Shown here piece after piece: positions 50,759 to 62,012 of a DNA stretch of 64,000 bases. Under the pieces are notes generated by a model, which saw only the letters and a list, made by a program, of their open reading frames with translations, was not told the origin of the DNA and did no database searches. This DNA is from a bacterium (GTDB lineage: Bacteria > UBA8248): positions 1,888,001 to 1,952,000 of the forward strand of contig OY843592.1 of NCBI GenBank assembly GCA_963692865.2, written 5' to 3'. Each line of letters starts with the position of its first letter. Position 1 is the first letter of the stretch. Both the position numbers and the translations under genes were made by a program.

Positions 50759-51208
50759 ATGAGAATGTACAGCAAGACAGTCAGCCTCACGAAAGAGCAG
50801 GCCAACGCCCGGCGCGGCTGGGTGCTGGTGGATGCGAAGGATCAGACCTTGGGGCGTCTTTGCACGCGCGTGGCGACGCTCCTGCGCGGAAAGCACAAAC
50901 CCGACTGGACGCCGCACGTCGACAACGGCGAATACGTCGTCGTCATCAATGCGGAGCGCATCGTGCTCACGGGCCGCAAACTTTCGGATAAAAAGTATTA
51001 CCGCCACTCCGGCTACCCGGGGCATCTCAAGGAAGTGAACGCGGGGCGCATGCTGGAAACGCATCCCGAGCGCGTGATAGAGCACGCCGTGCGGGGCATG
51101 TTGCCCAAGAACAAGCTGGGGCGTTCCTTATTGCAAAAGCTCAAGGTATATGCGGGCGACAAACATCCGCATGAAGCGCAACAACCCGAAGCGATTCGGC
51201 TGGACTGA
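50759..51208 (+). CDS. rplM: 50S ribosomal protein L13
   Basis: LGRL...LRGKHKP, TPHVDNG, RGMLPKN, HPHEAQ. Confidence 0.98.
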   Translation: MRMYSKTVSLTKEQANARRGWVLVDAKDQTLGRLCTRVATLLRGKHKPDWTPHVDNGEYVVVINAERIVLTGRKLSDKKYYRHSGYPGHLKEVNAGRMLETHPERVIEHAVRGMLPKNKLGRSLLQKLKVYAGDKHPHEAQQPEAIRLD

Positions 51209-51233
51209 ACTCCGAGAGGTTTTTGAAATCGAC

Positions 51234-51629
51234 ATGGCCACGATACCGAAACACTACGCCACGGGAAAACGCAAGACGGCCGTCGCGCGCGTCTGGATAG
51301 AGCCGGGCGACGGCAGGATTCTGGTGAACAACACGCCGGCGGACGAATATTTTCTCCGCGACACTTCGCTCATGGTGATAAAGCAGCCCTTCGAGTTGAC
51401 CGAGACCTGGGGCAGCTACGACGTGCGCGCCACCGTGAAGGGCGGGGGGCTCACCGGTCAGGCGGGCGCCGTTCGCCACGGCATTTCAAAGGCCTTGTTG
51501 AGCGTGGATCCCGCATTTCGGACGATCCTCAAGAAAGCGGGCCTCATCACGCGCGATTCCCGTGTGAAAGAGCGTAAAAAATATGGTTTGAAAGGCGCGC
51601 GCAAGAGCTTCCAGTTCTCCAAGCGCTAA
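51234..51629 (+). CDS. rpsI: 30S ribosomal protein S9
   Basis: [26 protein letters not shown]. Confidence 0.98.
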   Translation: MATIPKHYATGKRKTAVARVWIEPGDGRILVNNTPADEYFLRDTSLMVIKQPFELTETWGSYDVRATVKGGGLTGQAGAVRHGISKALLSVDPAFRTILKKAGLITRDSRVKERKKYGLKGARKSFQFSKR

Positions 51630-51649
51630 CCACTGCGGTGGTCGATTCG

Positions 51650-51677
51650 GGGGCTGGCTTTGCCGGCCCCTTTTTTT
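51650..51677 (+). terminator. Rho-independent terminator after rpsI
   Basis: GGGGCTGGC-TTT-GCCGGCCCC followed by T7. Confidence 0.85.
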
Positions 51678-51758
51678 GTGCGAAAAAACGGATTGTGGCG
51701 AATGTCCGCTCCGATGAGGGTGTGATGCGAATCGCCGAGGATTCTGGAGGATAAGGAG

Positions 51759-52796
51759 ATGCCGAAAATCGCCGTGGTGGGCGCCACGGGATACACGGGT
51801 TTTGAGTTGTTGAGGCTCCTCGGGTCCCACGGGGGTGTGGAAGTGATGGCCCTTACTTCCGAGACCTATGCCGGCAAGAAGGTGGACGAGGTGTTTCCGG
51901 CCTTGGCTTCCGTTCACGGCGGCGAGCTCGTGAAGTTCGAACCCGCCGTTTGCGAGGGAGCCGACGCCGTATTCTGCTGCCTGCCGCACAGGGTGGCGAT
52001 GAACACGGTGCCTACCTTGCTGGATGCCGGTCACCGCGTGGTGGATTTTTCGGCCGACTACCGCCTGCGGGATTTTGGCGTATATGAGGCCTGGTACAAG
52101 ACGGAGCACACCTCGCCGGAAAGAATAGCGGACGCGGTCTACGGGGTGCCCGAGCTATACCGCGAGGAGATAAAAAAAGCGCGCCTCGTCGCGAACCCGG
52201 GTTGCTACCCCACGGGGGCGATTCTGGCTCTGGCCCCGCTTTTAAGGGCCGGGCTGATCAAGCCGGACTCCATCATCGTGGATGCGAAATCGGGCGTTTC
52301 AGGTGCTGGCAGAAAGGCGGACTTGAGCATTCAGTTCAGCGAGGTGAACGAGGGCTTCAAGGCCTATGGCGTGGGGACACATCGCCATACGCCCGAAATC
52401 GAGCAGGAGCTTTCAGTCGCCTTGGGCGAGGCCGTGCGGGTTTCCTTTACCCCGCATCTGGCGCCCATGACCCGGGGCATTCTCTCGACCATCTACGCCG
52501 AGGGGGAGGGCGCCGCCGACGCCTCGGCGGTTCGGGCGGCGTTGCGCGACGCTTATGCGGATGAGCCTTTCATCCGCCTGATGCCGGAGGGGGCGTTTCC
52601 CAACGTGACGCAGGTGGCCGGCTCGAACTACGTGGACATCGGTCTGACGCACGATGCCCGGACCTCGCGCTTCATCATCGTCGCGGCGATAGACAATCTG
52701 GTGAAAGGCGCGTCGGGAGCGGCGGTGCAGAACATGAACCTGATGCTGGGGCTTCCCGAGACGCAAGGTCTCCTCCACCCGGGGTTTTGGATGTAA
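51759..52796 (+). CDS. argC: N-acetyl-gamma-glutamyl-phosphate reductase
   Basis: GATGYTG, ANPGCYPT, SGVSGAG, DNLVKGASG. Confidence 0.97.
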   Translation: MPKIAVVGATGYTGFELLRLLGSHGGVEVMALTSETYAGKKVDEVFPALASVHGGELVKFEPAVCEGADAVFCCLPHRVAMNTVPTLLDAGHRVVDFSADYRLRDFGVYEAWYKTEHTSPERIADAVYGVPELYREEIKKARLVANPGCYPTGAILALAPLLRAGLIKPDSIIVDAKSGVSGAGRKADLSIQFSEVNEGFKAYGVGTHRHTPEIEQELSVALGEAVRVSFTPHLAPMTRGILSTIYAEGEGAADASAVRAALRDAYADEPFIRLMPEGAFPNVTQVAGSNYVDIGLTHDARTSRFIIVAAIDNLVKGASGAAVQNMNLMLGLPETQGLLHPGFWM

Positions 52797-52819
52797 GCGA
52801 AAAAGAAGGGGTTTTGGAC

Positions 52820-54034
52820 GTGAACGACCAAGAATTCATACAGGCGATTGAGGGTGGTGTTTGCGCGGCAGAGGGTGTCCGCGCCGCTTCGGTGACGGCG
52901 GGCATCAAGCCCTCGGGCAAGCCGGATATGGTGCTGCTCGCCTTTGACCCCCCGGCCGCGGCTGCGGGCGTATACACCCGGAACAAGATGTGCGCCGCTC
53001 CCGTCACCCTGTGCAGGGAGCGGGTCGGCAAATCACCCTTGCGGGCGTTCCTCGTCAACAGCGGAAACGCGAACGCCTGTACGGGCGAGCGGGGCTATCA
53101 GGACGCCGTGCGCCTTTGCGGCGAAGTCGCGGATGCGCTCGATTGCCCGGAAGCGCAGGTCGCCATGTCTTCCACCGGGCTCATCGGCGCTCCGCTCCCG
53201 ATGGATATCATGGAGGCCCAAATCGCCAATCTGGTATCCGGTCTTTCCTCGGAGGGCGGCCACGAGGCTGCTGTGGGCATCATGACGACCGACACGCGGC
53301 CCAAGGAGTACGCCGTTCAGGTGAAAGAACCAGAGGGCGTTTACCGCATCGGCGGCATCACCAAGGGAGCCGGCATGATCGCCCCCGACATGGCGACCAT
53401 GCTCGCATACGTCGCCACCGACGCCTTGGTTGCGCAAGCCGATCTTCAGGCTATTCTGCGGGCCGTGGTGCGGAAAACGTTCAACTGCGTGACGATTGAC
53501 GGCGACACGTCGACGAACGACACGGTGATTCTCGCCGCCACGGGCGCTTCCGGCGTGGCCCTCGAATCGGCGGAAGCCCTGGAGCGGTTCGAGTCGGGGC
53601 TTTACCGGGTTTGCAAGGAACTGGCCCTGTCCATCGTTCGCGATGGGGAGGGGGTGAACAAGGTGGTGGAGGTGAAGATTACCGGCGCGGCCAGCGAGGA
53701 GCAGGCGCACCTGGCCGCGAAGTCGGTTTCCGAGAGCCTGCTGGTGAAGACGGCCATTCATGGTGAGATGCCCAACTGGGGCCGGATGTTCGCGGCGGCC
53801 GGTTACAGCGGCGCGGACGTGGCGCCCGAGAAGATGTCGCTCAAAATCGAGGGGGTGCAGGTGATGCGCGACGGCGCGCCCGTCCCGGGCTGGTCCGAAG
53901 CCCTGGCGCCCTTGCTCAAACGGCCCGAGTACGGCCTCGAACTGGGTCTGGGAGCCGGTGATGCGGAGGCCGTATTCTGGACGACGGATTTGAGCGCGGA
54001 ATACGTGCGGTTCAACGCCGATTACAAGACGTGA
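52820..54034 (+). CDS. argJ: Glutamate/ornithine N-acetyltransferase
   Basis: NSGNANACTG, IMTTDT, KGAGMIAPDMATML, DTSTND. Confidence 0.97.
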   Translation: MNDQEFIQAIEGGVCAAEGVRAASVTAGIKPSGKPDMVLLAFDPPAAAAGVYTRNKMCAAPVTLCRERVGKSPLRAFLVNSGNANACTGERGYQDAVRLCGEVADALDCPEAQVAMSSTGLIGAPLPMDIMEAQIANLVSGLSSEGGHEAAVGIMTTDTRPKEYAVQVKEPEGVYRIGGITKGAGMIAPDMATMLAYVATDALVAQADLQAILRAVVRKTFNCVTIDGDTSTNDTVILAATGASGVALESAEALERFESGLYRVCKELALSIVRDGEGVNKVVEVKITGAASEEQAHLAAKSVSESLLVKTAIHGEMPNWGRMFAAAGYSGADVAPEKMSLKIEGVQVMRDGAPVPGWSEALAPLLKRPEYGLELGLGAGDAEAVFWTTDLSAEYVRFNADYKT

Positions 54035-54230
54035 AGGCTTTTGATTCGGCGACTTGAATCGTCCGGGTTCTTGTGAGACATTCCATGCGCCGAGCGGTGG
54101 CGGACGCTGCGGCGGCGGAGCCGATCGGCGAATTAACCGAATAAAATCAAATGTTTGAAAATTCGGCCTCATCCGCCATGAGGCCGGCAGGGCCCCCCTC
54201 GATGAAAGGCGGGGCAATAGGAGTGTACCC

Positions 54231-55028
54231 GTGAACCCGATTACATTGAGAGAACTGCTGGAAGCCGGCGCCCACTTCGGGCACCAGACCATCCGATGGA
54301 ACCCCAAGATGCGCCCTTATATTTTCGGCGCGCGGAACGGGATTTACATCATCGACCTCCAAAAAACCCTCAAGTTGTTCAACGCGGCCCGCGAAGTGAT
54401 TCGCGACATCGCTGCGAAGGGCGGCAAGGTGCTTTTCGTAGGCACGAAACAACAGGCCCAGGAGATCGTGATGGAAGAGGCCCGCAACGTGGAGATGCCC
54501 TTCGTCACCCAGCGCTGGCTCGGCGGGACGCTGACGAACTTCTCGACCATCAAGAATTCCATTGCGCGCCTCCTCGATCTGGAATCAATGAAGAATGACG
54601 GCACCTTCGAGCTTCTGGCGAAAAAAGAGGCCGTCAGGCGCGAGAAGGACATGGCGCGGCTCGAGAAGTTCCTGGGCGGCATCAAGCATATGGACAAGCT
54701 GCCGCAGGCCATGTTCGTCATCGATACGGGTCATGAGTACAACGCCATTCGAGAGGCGAGGAAACTGGGTATTCCCGTCATCGCGGTGGTGGACACGAAT
54801 TCCGACCCCGACGGGGTGGATCACGTCTTGCCGGGCAATGACGACGCCTTGCGTTCGATTCGCTTTTTCGTGTCGCGGGTAGCGGAGGCCATCGCCGAGG
54901 GCGTCACCCTGCGCAAAGAGACGGGCGCCGAGGACGTCGAAGCCGTCGTCGCGTCGGGCGACACGGTGGCGGCGGAGATGATGGCGGCGGCCGCGGCAAG
55001 CGAAGCGGGAACGAAGGCGAAAGGGTGA
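54231..55028 (+). CDS. rpsB: 30S ribosomal protein S2
   Basis: [27 protein letters not shown]. Confidence 0.98.
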   Translation: MNPITLRELLEAGAHFGHQTIRWNPKMRPYIFGARNGIYIIDLQKTLKLFNAAREVIRDIAAKGGKVLFVGTKQQAQEIVMEEARNVEMPFVTQRWLGGTLTNFSTIKNSIARLLDLESMKNDGTFELLAKKEAVRREKDMARLEKFLGGIKHMDKLPQAMFVIDTGHEYNAIREARKLGIPVIAVVDTNSDPDGVDHVLPGNDDALRSIRFFVSRVAEAIAEGVTLRKETGAEDVEAVVASGDTVAAEMMAAAAASEAGTKAKG

Positions 55029-55077
55029 TCGTTACTTTTTTATCGACAGCCGGATTTTATGGGGAGAGGTTCAGGGC

Positions 55078-55947
55078 ATGGAAGTTACCGCTCAGATGGT
55101 CAAGGAGTTAAGAACCCGCACCGGTGCGGGCATCATGGATTGCAAGGAAGCCCTCAAGGAGAATGAGGGAGATTTTGAAGAGGCGGTGCGCTATTTGCGG
55201 GAAAAAGGGCTTTCCAGCGCCGCCAAGAAGGCGGGACGGGCGGCGAGCGAGGGTCAGATATACGCTTCTCTTGGAGAAGACGGTCGCATGGGCGCCATCG
55301 TCGAGGTGAATTGCGAGACCGATTTCGTGGCCCGCACGGAGGATTTTCAGGCGCTTCTCGAAACCGTCGCCGGCCACGTGAAGGGCAATGGAGGGGATGG
55401 CCTCGCCGAGGCGCTCAAAGAGGTGACCACGGAGTCCATCGCCAAACTGGGCGAGAACATCGTCCTCGCCCGCGGGGAGCGTCTCGCCTTGGGAGACGAT
55501 GGCTCGGGCAAGGTGGTTTCCTATATTCACCCGGGCGGGCGGATCGGCGTCTTGCTTGAGGTGGGCTGTGAAACGTGCCAGAAGGCGGGTGATGCCGCAT
55601 TTGCCGAAACCGCGCGCGATCTGGCGATGCACATCGCGGCGAGCAGCCCACAGTTCCTCTCCGAGGATCAGGTGCCGGAGGTGGTTCTCCAGAGCGAGCG
55701 CGAGATTCTTCTGGCCCAGCAAAAGGATTCCGGAAAGCCCGAGAACATTCTGGAGAAAATCGTCGAGGGGCGCATCAAGAAATACAAGAAAGAAATTTGC
55801 CTGCTCGATCAGCCGTTCGTCAAGGACCCCGACAAGACCGTTCAGGTCTATCTGAAAGACAGAAGCGCGGAATTGGGCGAGGAAATCCGGGTTTCTTCCT
55901 GGACTCGTTTTCAACTCGGTGAGCTTTCCGCGTCGGAGGAAGGGTAA
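55078..55947 (+). CDS. tsf: Elongation factor Ts
   Basis: [24 protein letters not shown]. Confidence 0.98.
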   Translation: MEVTAQMVKELRTRTGAGIMDCKEALKENEGDFEEAVRYLREKGLSSAAKKAGRAASEGQIYASLGEDGRMGAIVEVNCETDFVARTEDFQALLETVAGHVKGNGGDGLAEALKEVTTESIAKLGENIVLARGERLALGDDGSGKVVSYIHPGGRIGVLLEVGCETCQKAGDAAFAETARDLAMHIAASSPQFLSEDQVPEVVLQSEREILLAQQKDSGKPENILEKIVEGRIKKYKKEICLLDQPFVKDPDKTVQVYLKDRSAELGEEIRVSSWTRFQLGELSASEEG

Positions 55948-56009
55948 GCACCTCCGCCGCATCATTCGCACCGCCCGTTGTCATAGGCTTGAAATTTCTG
56001 GGGATGTCC

Positions 56010-56738
56010 ATGCACGGCGACCTGCGATTCAAGAGAATCCTGCTCAAACTCTCAGGCGAAGCCCTGGGGGGAGAACTCAAGTACGGGATCGACCACAACG
56101 TTGTTGACGACATAGCGCAGGAAATCAAAGAGATCCGCCAGATGGGAGTCGAAGTCACCATCGTGGTGGGCGGCGGGAACATTTTCCGGGGCGCCGCCGC
56201 CGCCGAGGCGGGAATGGAGCGCACCAACGCCGACTACATGGGCATGCTCGGCACGGTCATCAATGCGCTGGCCCTTCAACACGCGCTCGAAAAGGCGGAC
56301 CTCGCCACGCGCGTACAGAGCGCCATCCACATGGCGGAGTTGTGCGAACCCTACATCAGAAGGCGCGCGATACGCCACATGGAAAAGGGCCGGGTCGTCA
56401 TTTTCGCCGGCGGCACCGGGAATCCCTACTTCACGACGGACACCACAGCAAGCCTCAGGGCCATCGAGGTGGGCGCGGAGTGTATTCTCAAGGCCACGAA
56501 CGTGGACGGCGTCTTCTCCGCCGATCCGAATCGGGACGATACGGCCGAGTTCATCAATCAGTTGACGTATATCGAGGTGCTGAATCGCCAACTCGCCGTC
56601 ATGGACACCACCGCCGTCAGCTTGTGCATGGACAACAATTTGCCCATTATTGTCTTTAACCTGCTCAAGCCCGGCAACATCCGCCGCGTGGTGGAGGGCG
56701 AGCAGGTGGGGACTTTGGTGAAAGCAGCCGAGGCCTGA
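56010..56738 (+). CDS. pyrH: UMP kinase
   Basis: [25 protein letters not shown]. Confidence 0.98.
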   Translation: MHGDLRFKRILLKLSGEALGGELKYGIDHNVVDDIAQEIKEIRQMGVEVTIVVGGGNIFRGAAAAEAGMERTNADYMGMLGTVINALALQHALEKADLATRVQSAIHMAELCEPYIRRRAIRHMEKGRVVIFAGGTGNPYFTTDTTASLRAIEVGAECILKATNVDGVFSADPNRDDTAEFINQLTYIEVLNRQLAVMDTTAVSLCMDNNLPIIVFNLLKPGNIRRVVEGEQVGTLVKAAEA

Positions 56739-56836
56739 TGCAGCGCGTGTCGCGCCTGCCCGGATTCGGGACGCGCGGGGTTATCGCGAGGGTAGTGAAA
56801 TGACGATTTTGAACTTCCAACCGGGAGAGATGGTCG

Positions 56837-57391
56837 ATGGATGAGGTTCTTGCCGCGTTAAGGAAAAGAATGCAGGCCACGGTGGAATCATACAAGGCCG
56901 AAATAGCCCGCGTGCGAACCGGGCGCGCTTCCACGAATCTCATCAGTGGCGTGCTGGTTGACTACTATGGAACCTCCACGCCGCTGAATCAACTCGCCAC
57001 GCTGAACGTACCCGAGCCCCAACTCATCATCGTTCAGCCTTTCGACATCAACTCGTTGGGCGACATCGAAAAGGCGATTCAATCGGCCGAATTGGGCCTG
57101 AACCCCTCGAACGACGGCAAGATCATCCGCGTGCCGGTGCCGGCGCTCACCGAGGAACGCCGCAGGGAGATGGTGAAACTGCTCAAGAAAATGACCGAGG
57201 AGCACAAGGTCGCGCTTCGCAACATTCGACGCGACGGCAACGATGACATGAAAAACCTCGAGAAGAGCAAAGAGATTACCGAAGATGACCTCAGGAAAGG
57301 ACAGGGAGATGTCCAGAAGCTGACGGATCAGTTCGTCTCCGATTTGGATGACTTGCTTTCAGCCAAAGAGAAAGAGATTCTGGAGGTCTAG
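56837..57391 (+). CDS. frr: Ribosome recycling factor
   Basis: VRTGRA, LTEERR, RNIRRD. Confidence 0.98.
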   Translation: MDEVLAALRKRMQATVESYKAEIARVRTGRASTNLISGVLVDYYGTSTPLNQLATLNVPEPQLIIVQPFDINSLGDIEKAIQSAELGLNPSNDGKIIRVPVPALTEERRREMVKLLKKMTEEHKVALRNIRRDGNDDMKNLEKSKEITEDDLRKGQGDVQKLTDQFVSDLDDLLSAKEKEILEV

Positions 57392-57409
57392 TTTTTCACC
57401 GGAGCGCGT

Positions 57410-58168
57410 ATGGAATCTCGCATCGACCTACGCATCGATCTTGAACGGCTCCCCCGCCATATCGGCATTATTATGGATGGCAACGGCCGTTGGGCCCAGA
57501 AGCGGTTTCTTCCCAGGGTCGCCGGCCACCGCGAGGGCGTGAAGTCGGTCGACAAGGTGGTGGCGCATGCGCGCCGCATCGGCGTCAAGGCCCTCACGCT
57601 GTACAGCTTTTCCCTGGAGAACTGGAACAGACCCAAAGACGAAGTGGACGCGCTCATGGACATTCTGGCGGATTATCTCGAGCGCGAACTTCAGAGGATG
57701 CTCAGAGAAGGCATCCGTTTCAATATGATTGGGCACGAAGAGGACTTGCCCTTGTTTGCGCGTGAGATCGTTCAGCGCGTGAAGGAGCAAACGGCAGGTC
57801 AGGACGGAATGGTCTTGACCCTGGCGCTGAGTTACGGAGCGCGGCGCGAAATCACCGACGCGGCGAGGGCCATATCCAGGGAAGTTCAAAAGGGAATTCT
57901 TCAACCCGAGGAAATCGATGAAAGTGACATTGAGCGTCACCTATATACGGCGGATTTGCCAAAGCTTGATCTCCTGATTCGAACCAGCGGCGAACTGAGG
58001 CTCTCGAACTATCTGCTCTGGCAAGCGGCGTATGCGGAGTTGTATTTCACCGATATCAAATGGCCGGAATTCGGAGAACGCGAACTCGAAGACGCCATTC
58101 TTGCTTATCAGTCCCGGGTGCGGAAATTCGGTCTCACCGAGGAGCAGTTCACGACTCGGGGAAACTAG
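57410..58168 (+). CDS. uppS: Undecaprenyl diphosphate synthase
   Basis: IIMDGNGRWA, FSLENWNRP, IRTSGELRLSN. Confidence 0.97.
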   Translation: MESRIDLRIDLERLPRHIGIIMDGNGRWAQKRFLPRVAGHREGVKSVDKVVAHARRIGVKALTLYSFSLENWNRPKDEVDALMDILADYLERELQRMLREGIRFNMIGHEEDLPLFAREIVQRVKEQTAGQDGMVLTLALSYGARREITDAARAISREVQKGILQPEEIDESDIERHLYTADLPKLDLLIRTSGELRLSNYLLWQAAYAELYFTDIKWPEFGERELEDAILAYQSRVRKFGLTEEQFTTRGN

Positions 58169-58171
58169 GTC

Positions 58172-58963
58172 TTGACCCGCCTCCTCAGCGCCCTGGTGCT
58201 TGCGGCGCCCATTCTCGGCGTTTTGTTTTTCACCTCCTCAGTCGTATTTCTCTGTGTGGTGTTTATACTCGTTTTTCGCGCGGGGTGGGAATTTCAAACC
58301 CTGATCAACCTTTGCGGCTGGCGCGTGAGAGCATGGGAAGGAGCTCTGGATGCCTGTGCATTTGTGCTCGCCCTTTGGGTGGGCGGCGTTTTGCCGGCAT
58401 TGGTCCTGGCTATCATTCTGCTTCGTGTCTTCCTCAAGGCGTTTTCGAGAGAGACTTTCCGGGAGAGCCTTTCCTTGACGAGCGTATCGCTTCTCGGTGT
58501 GATTTGGGTGGGCGGCGCCGGTGGCTTGATCGCGCTCATCAGAACTTTCCCGGGTGGTATGGAGGCCACTTTCTTTTTGTTGGTCGTTGTCTGGGCGAAC
58601 GATATCGCGGCGATGTTCACCGGCAAGACGCTGGGAGAAAGAAAATTGGCGCCTAAAATCAGCCCCGGAAAAACGGTGGAAGGGGCAATCGGAGGAATCA
58701 TCGCTGGTATCCTCGTGGGCGTCCTCACGACGTTCTACGTGGATGTTCCCGGAATTGACCCGTGGCTCGCGATTCCTGTTTCGGTATGTATCGGGCTATT
58801 CGCGCTGATGGGGGATTTGGGTGAATCGATCTTAAAGCGAGCGGCCGGGGAGAAAGACGCGTCCGACATCATCCCGGGCCACGGGGGGCTGCTCGATAGA
58901 ATTGATGGTTTGCTCGTGGCGGGTCCTGCGTTTTACTGTTACTTGTACTGGGTACGGTTCTAA
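58172..58963 (+). CDS. cdsA: Phosphatidate cytidylyltransferase
   Basis: ISPGKTVEG, GDLGESILKR, PGHGGLLDRID. Confidence 0.96.
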   Translation: MTRLLSALVLAAPILGVLFFTSSVVFLCVVFILVFRAGWEFQTLINLCGWRVRAWEGALDACAFVLALWVGGVLPALVLAIILLRVFLKAFSRETFRESLSLTSVSLLGVIWVGGAGGLIALIRTFPGGMEATFFLLVVVWANDIAAMFTGKTLGERKLAPKISPGKTVEGAIGGIIAGILVGVLTTFYVDVPGIDPWLAIPVSVCIGLFALMGDLGESILKRAAGEKDASDIIPGHGGLLDRIDGLLVAGPAFYCYLYWVRF

Positions 58964-58992
58964 GTCGCCGCGAATCGGGAGTGAGCCGGAAA

Positions 58993-60162
58993 ATGGAGCC
59001 GCGAAAAATCGCCATATTGGGCTCTACGGGCAGCATCGGAGTAAATGCCCTCGATGTCGTGGCGCAATTTCCCGAAAAAATTGATGTGGTGGCGCTTGCC
59101 GCCGGAAAAAATTGGAAGCGGCTCGTGGAGCAGGCGAGGCGGTTTCGGCCTGATATTGTATCCGTCGCCGAAGAGGCGGACGCGGCGCGTATTCAGGATG
59201 CGCTCCATCCCGAGACCAGGGTGCTTTCGGGTGAGGAAGGTTTGCGGGAGGTAGCAGCGGGTGCGGGTGCGAGCCTGGTGGTCTCCGCGTTGGTTGGCGC
59301 GGCGGGACTCCCGCCGACGCTGGCCGCCATCGATGCAGGCGCCTGGATCGCGCTTGCAAACAAAGAAGTACTCGTCATGGCGGGAGAGTTGGTCACGTCG
59401 CGCGTTTCGGAACGGGAAGTCGAACTGCTCCCCGTAGACAGCGAGCATGCGGGCGTGGCGCAAGCGCTGGCCGACAGGCCGCAGTCCCAGGTGGAGCGGA
59501 TTGTGCTGACGGCGTCGGGCGGCCCTTTTCGGAACCATTCGATTGAGGCGATGAAGAATGTGTCCTTGGAAGAGGCGTTGAACCACCCGAACTGGAAGAT
59601 GGGGCCGAAGATTACGATTGATTCCGCGTCCATGATGAACAAGGGCCTTGAAATCATCGAGGCCAGGTGGCTGTTCGGTTTCAGACCCGAGCAAGTGGAC
59701 GTGCTGGTTCACCCGCAGAGCATCGTGCACGCCATGGTGGAGTTCGTGGACGGAAGCTACGTAGCGCAAATGAGCATGCCCGACATGCGGATTCCCATCG
59801 CGCAGGCCATTTTCTCTCCGGAGAGGTTGCCCATCGAAGCGCCTAGGCTCGATTTAGCGCAGGTCGGCTCCCTTACATTTGAAGCGCCGGATCCGAATCG
59901 TTTTCCATGTCTCGTTCATGCGAAAGATGCGCTTCGCGAAGGAGGGACGGCGCCCGCCGTCCTCAACGCGGCGAACGAGGTGGCCGTCGCCTCGTTTTTG
60001 TCGGGCGCGTCGCAATTTATGGATATTCCCGGTGTGGTGGGGGCTACGTTGGAAGCGCACGAGAAGATGGAGGCGACCGAACTGGAGACGATCCTGGAGG
60101 CGGACCGCTGGGCGAGAGAGTACGCCTCCGCCCGACTGAACGGAACCGCCGCAAGCCGCTGA
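58993..60162 (+). CDS. dxr: 1-deoxy-D-xylulose-5-phosphate reductoisomerase
   Basis: LGSTGSIG, LANKE, PVDSEH, HPNWKMGPKITIDSA. Confidence 0.97.
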   Translation: MEPRKIAILGSTGSIGVNALDVVAQFPEKIDVVALAAGKNWKRLVEQARRFRPDIVSVAEEADAARIQDALHPETRVLSGEEGLREVAAGAGASLVVSALVGAAGLPPTLAAIDAGAWIALANKEVLVMAGELVTSRVSEREVELLPVDSEHAGVAQALADRPQSQVERIVLTASGGPFRNHSIEAMKNVSLEEALNHPNWKMGPKITIDSASMMNKGLEIIEARWLFGFRPEQVDVLVHPQSIVHAMVEFVDGSYVAQMSMPDMRIPIAQAIFSPERLPIEAPRLDLAQVGSLTFEAPDPNRFPCLVHAKDALREGGTAPAVLNAANEVAVASFLSGASQFMDIPGVVGATLEAHEKMEATELETILEADRWAREYASARLNGTAASR

Positions 60163-60166
60163 GTCA

Positions 60167-60637
60167 ATGAGCCACCGAGACGAGTGCGAGGCCTTGCCCC
60201 GGCTTGTCGCTACGTTGGGCGGCCTTGGGCTGGTTCCTCTGGCCCCCGGTACGGTCGCTTCTTTCATCGCCGTTCCGGCGTATTTTCTGCTCTATCAGAT
60301 CAACGCCTATGTTCCCCTCTTGATTTTGATTTTCCTGATACCCATCGCCATATGGGGCTCCGGCAAGTATGAAGCGAGCACGAATCGACGAGATCCACCG
60401 GAAATCGTCGTGGATGAATGGGTGGGCCAGTTCATCTGCTTCATCGGGGTCGAGCCGAGCCCAAGCGCTTTGGCGGCGGGCTTTTTCCTTTTTCGTATTT
60501 TTGACATTATCAAGTTGCCGCCGGTTCGTCGTCTGGAAAGGCTCTCTGGCGGCGTGGGCGTCGTGGCGGACGACATCGCCGCGGGAATCATCGGCTGGGC
60601 AATCTTGTTCGTTCTGTCGCAATGGGGAGTCGTCTGA
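60167..60637 (+). CDS. pgpA: Phosphatidylglycerophosphatase A
   Basis: APGT, DPPEIVVDE, FRIFDIIK, DDIAAG. Confidence 0.92.
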   Translation: MSHRDECEALPRLVATLGGLGLVPLAPGTVASFIAVPAYFLLYQINAYVPLLILIFLIPIAIWGSGKYEASTNRRDPPEIVVDEWVGQFICFIGVEPSPSALAAGFFLFRIFDIIKLPPVRRLERLSGGVGVVADDIAAGIIGWAILFVLSQWGVV

Positions 60638-60657
60638 CTTCGGGGGAGCAAAGAGGA

Positions 60658-61149
60658 ATGGCGGAGTCCGTAGAAGAGTGGCTTGGGGCGTATCTAAGTG
60701 ATAAGGGCTGGCGCATCGCCACGGCGGAGAGCTGCACGGGCGGCCTCATCGCCAGCCGCATCACGGATGTTTCCGGCAGTTCCGCTTATTTCGAGCAGGG
60801 CTTCGTCACCTACAGCAACGAGGCGAAAATGGCGCTTCTGGGCGTTTCAAAAGATATCGTGGCGACCGAGGGCGGACCGGGAGCGGTGAGCGAAGCCTGC
60901 GCGCGCGCGATGGCGCAGGGCGTTCGCGCAGCGGCGGGGAGCGAAGTCGGACTCTCCGTCACGGGCATCGCCGGTCCCACGGGTGGCAGCGCCGGGAAGC
61001 CGGTGGGCACGGTGTACATGTCCGTCGCCACGCCTTCGGGCGCCATCTGCCGGCATCACCTGTTCGAGGGTTCCCGTCTGGAGGTCAAGGCCCAGGCGGC
61101 GCAAGCCGCGCTCGATATGGCGCGTGATGCCCTGGAGGCGTCGGACTGA
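60658..61149 (+). CDS. CinA C-terminal domain protein (NMN deamidase PncC-like)
   Basis: TAESCTGG, GSSAYF, TGIAGPTGG, KPVGTV. Confidence 0.92.
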   Translation: MAESVEEWLGAYLSDKGWRIATAESCTGGLIASRITDVSGSSAYFEQGFVTYSNEAKMALLGVSKDIVATEGGPGAVSEACARAMAQGVRAAAGSEVGLSVTGIAGPTGGSAGKPVGTVYMSVATPSGAICRHHLFEGSRLEVKAQAAQAALDMARDALEASD

Positions 61150-61239
61150 CGATACGGATACGCGAGAGTGCGCATTCCCTCATGAACGGGCATTCTCATG
61201 CTTCGGGAGATGTCGTCGGCCCTGCGAAGGAGATTCTCC

Positions 61240-61815
61240 ATGCGCGCGTTTTTGGCGATTCCATTCAGCCCGGATGAGCACAAAATGCTGGAATCGCTTC
61301 AAGAATCGCTCGCCACCATGCCGGCTCTTGATGATTTCCGCTGGGCGAGGCCCGAGAACATTCACATCACCCTGCGATTTCTGGGTGATATTGAAGAGGA
61401 ACAGTCCGAAGCCGCCGCAGAGGCGCTGCGCCGAGCGGGCGAGGGCGCGCCCGCTTTCGATATTTCCATAGATCGCTTCGGCGTCTTTCCGCATCTCAAG
61501 CGCCCCAACGTGCTCTGGGCGGGTCCCTCGGAAACGCCGGAACCTCTGGCGGAATTCGAGGCGAATCTTTCTCGTCATCTTTCCGAAGCGGGGTTTTCCT
61601 GCAGAGAGGGCGCTTTCCGCCCGCATTTAACAATTGCGAGGCGCCGGCCCCGCGACCGTCCACTGGCAGGACTCGAAGGAGAGCTTGAAGTCGCCGAGCA
61701 GCGATGGCTGAAGCCCCCTCTCGTCTGCCGCGCGCGCGAGGCGGTTTTGTTCAGAAGCGAGCTCAATCCCTCGGGGGCCATACACACCGCGCTGGAAAGA
61801 GTGACGCTTGTCTAG
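61240..61815 (+). CDS. thpR: RNA 2',3'-cyclic phosphodiesterase
   Basis: Two HxT motifs (HITLRFLG, PHLTIAR). Confidence 0.92.
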   Translation: MRAFLAIPFSPDEHKMLESLQESLATMPALDDFRWARPENIHITLRFLGDIEEEQSEAAAEALRRAGEGAPAFDISIDRFGVFPHLKRPNVLWAGPSETPEPLAEFEANLSRHLSEAGFSCREGAFRPHLTIARRRPRDRPLAGLEGELEVAEQRWLKPPLVCRAREAVLFRSELNPSGAIHTALERVTLV

Positions 61816-62012
61816 GCAACGCCAGGATCATCGATTTCGCAGTGTCCGGTACGGCGCGGAGATTTGGGTGCTGAAAATTCGCTCGCCTGTGTGAAGTCTT
61901 CCACTGTGGAGTGGAAGGGGGACCTCAACGATGCAAAAAGTCTGCTGCGCGAACGTCTTTTGCTCATAAATTAGCCTGTTTCGCTCTGTTTTCTTGAGAA
62001 AATGAACTTTCT

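Noticed and set aside
54080-54230. rpsB leader regulatory RNA
   Set aside because: Plausible by position and GC-rich stems, but I could not match conserved motifs by eye; needs a covariance-model search.
57390-60640. Lower-GC, T-richer stretch as horizontal transfer
   Set aside because: It contains canonical syntenic core genes, including membrane proteins; codon relaxation is a sufficient explanation.
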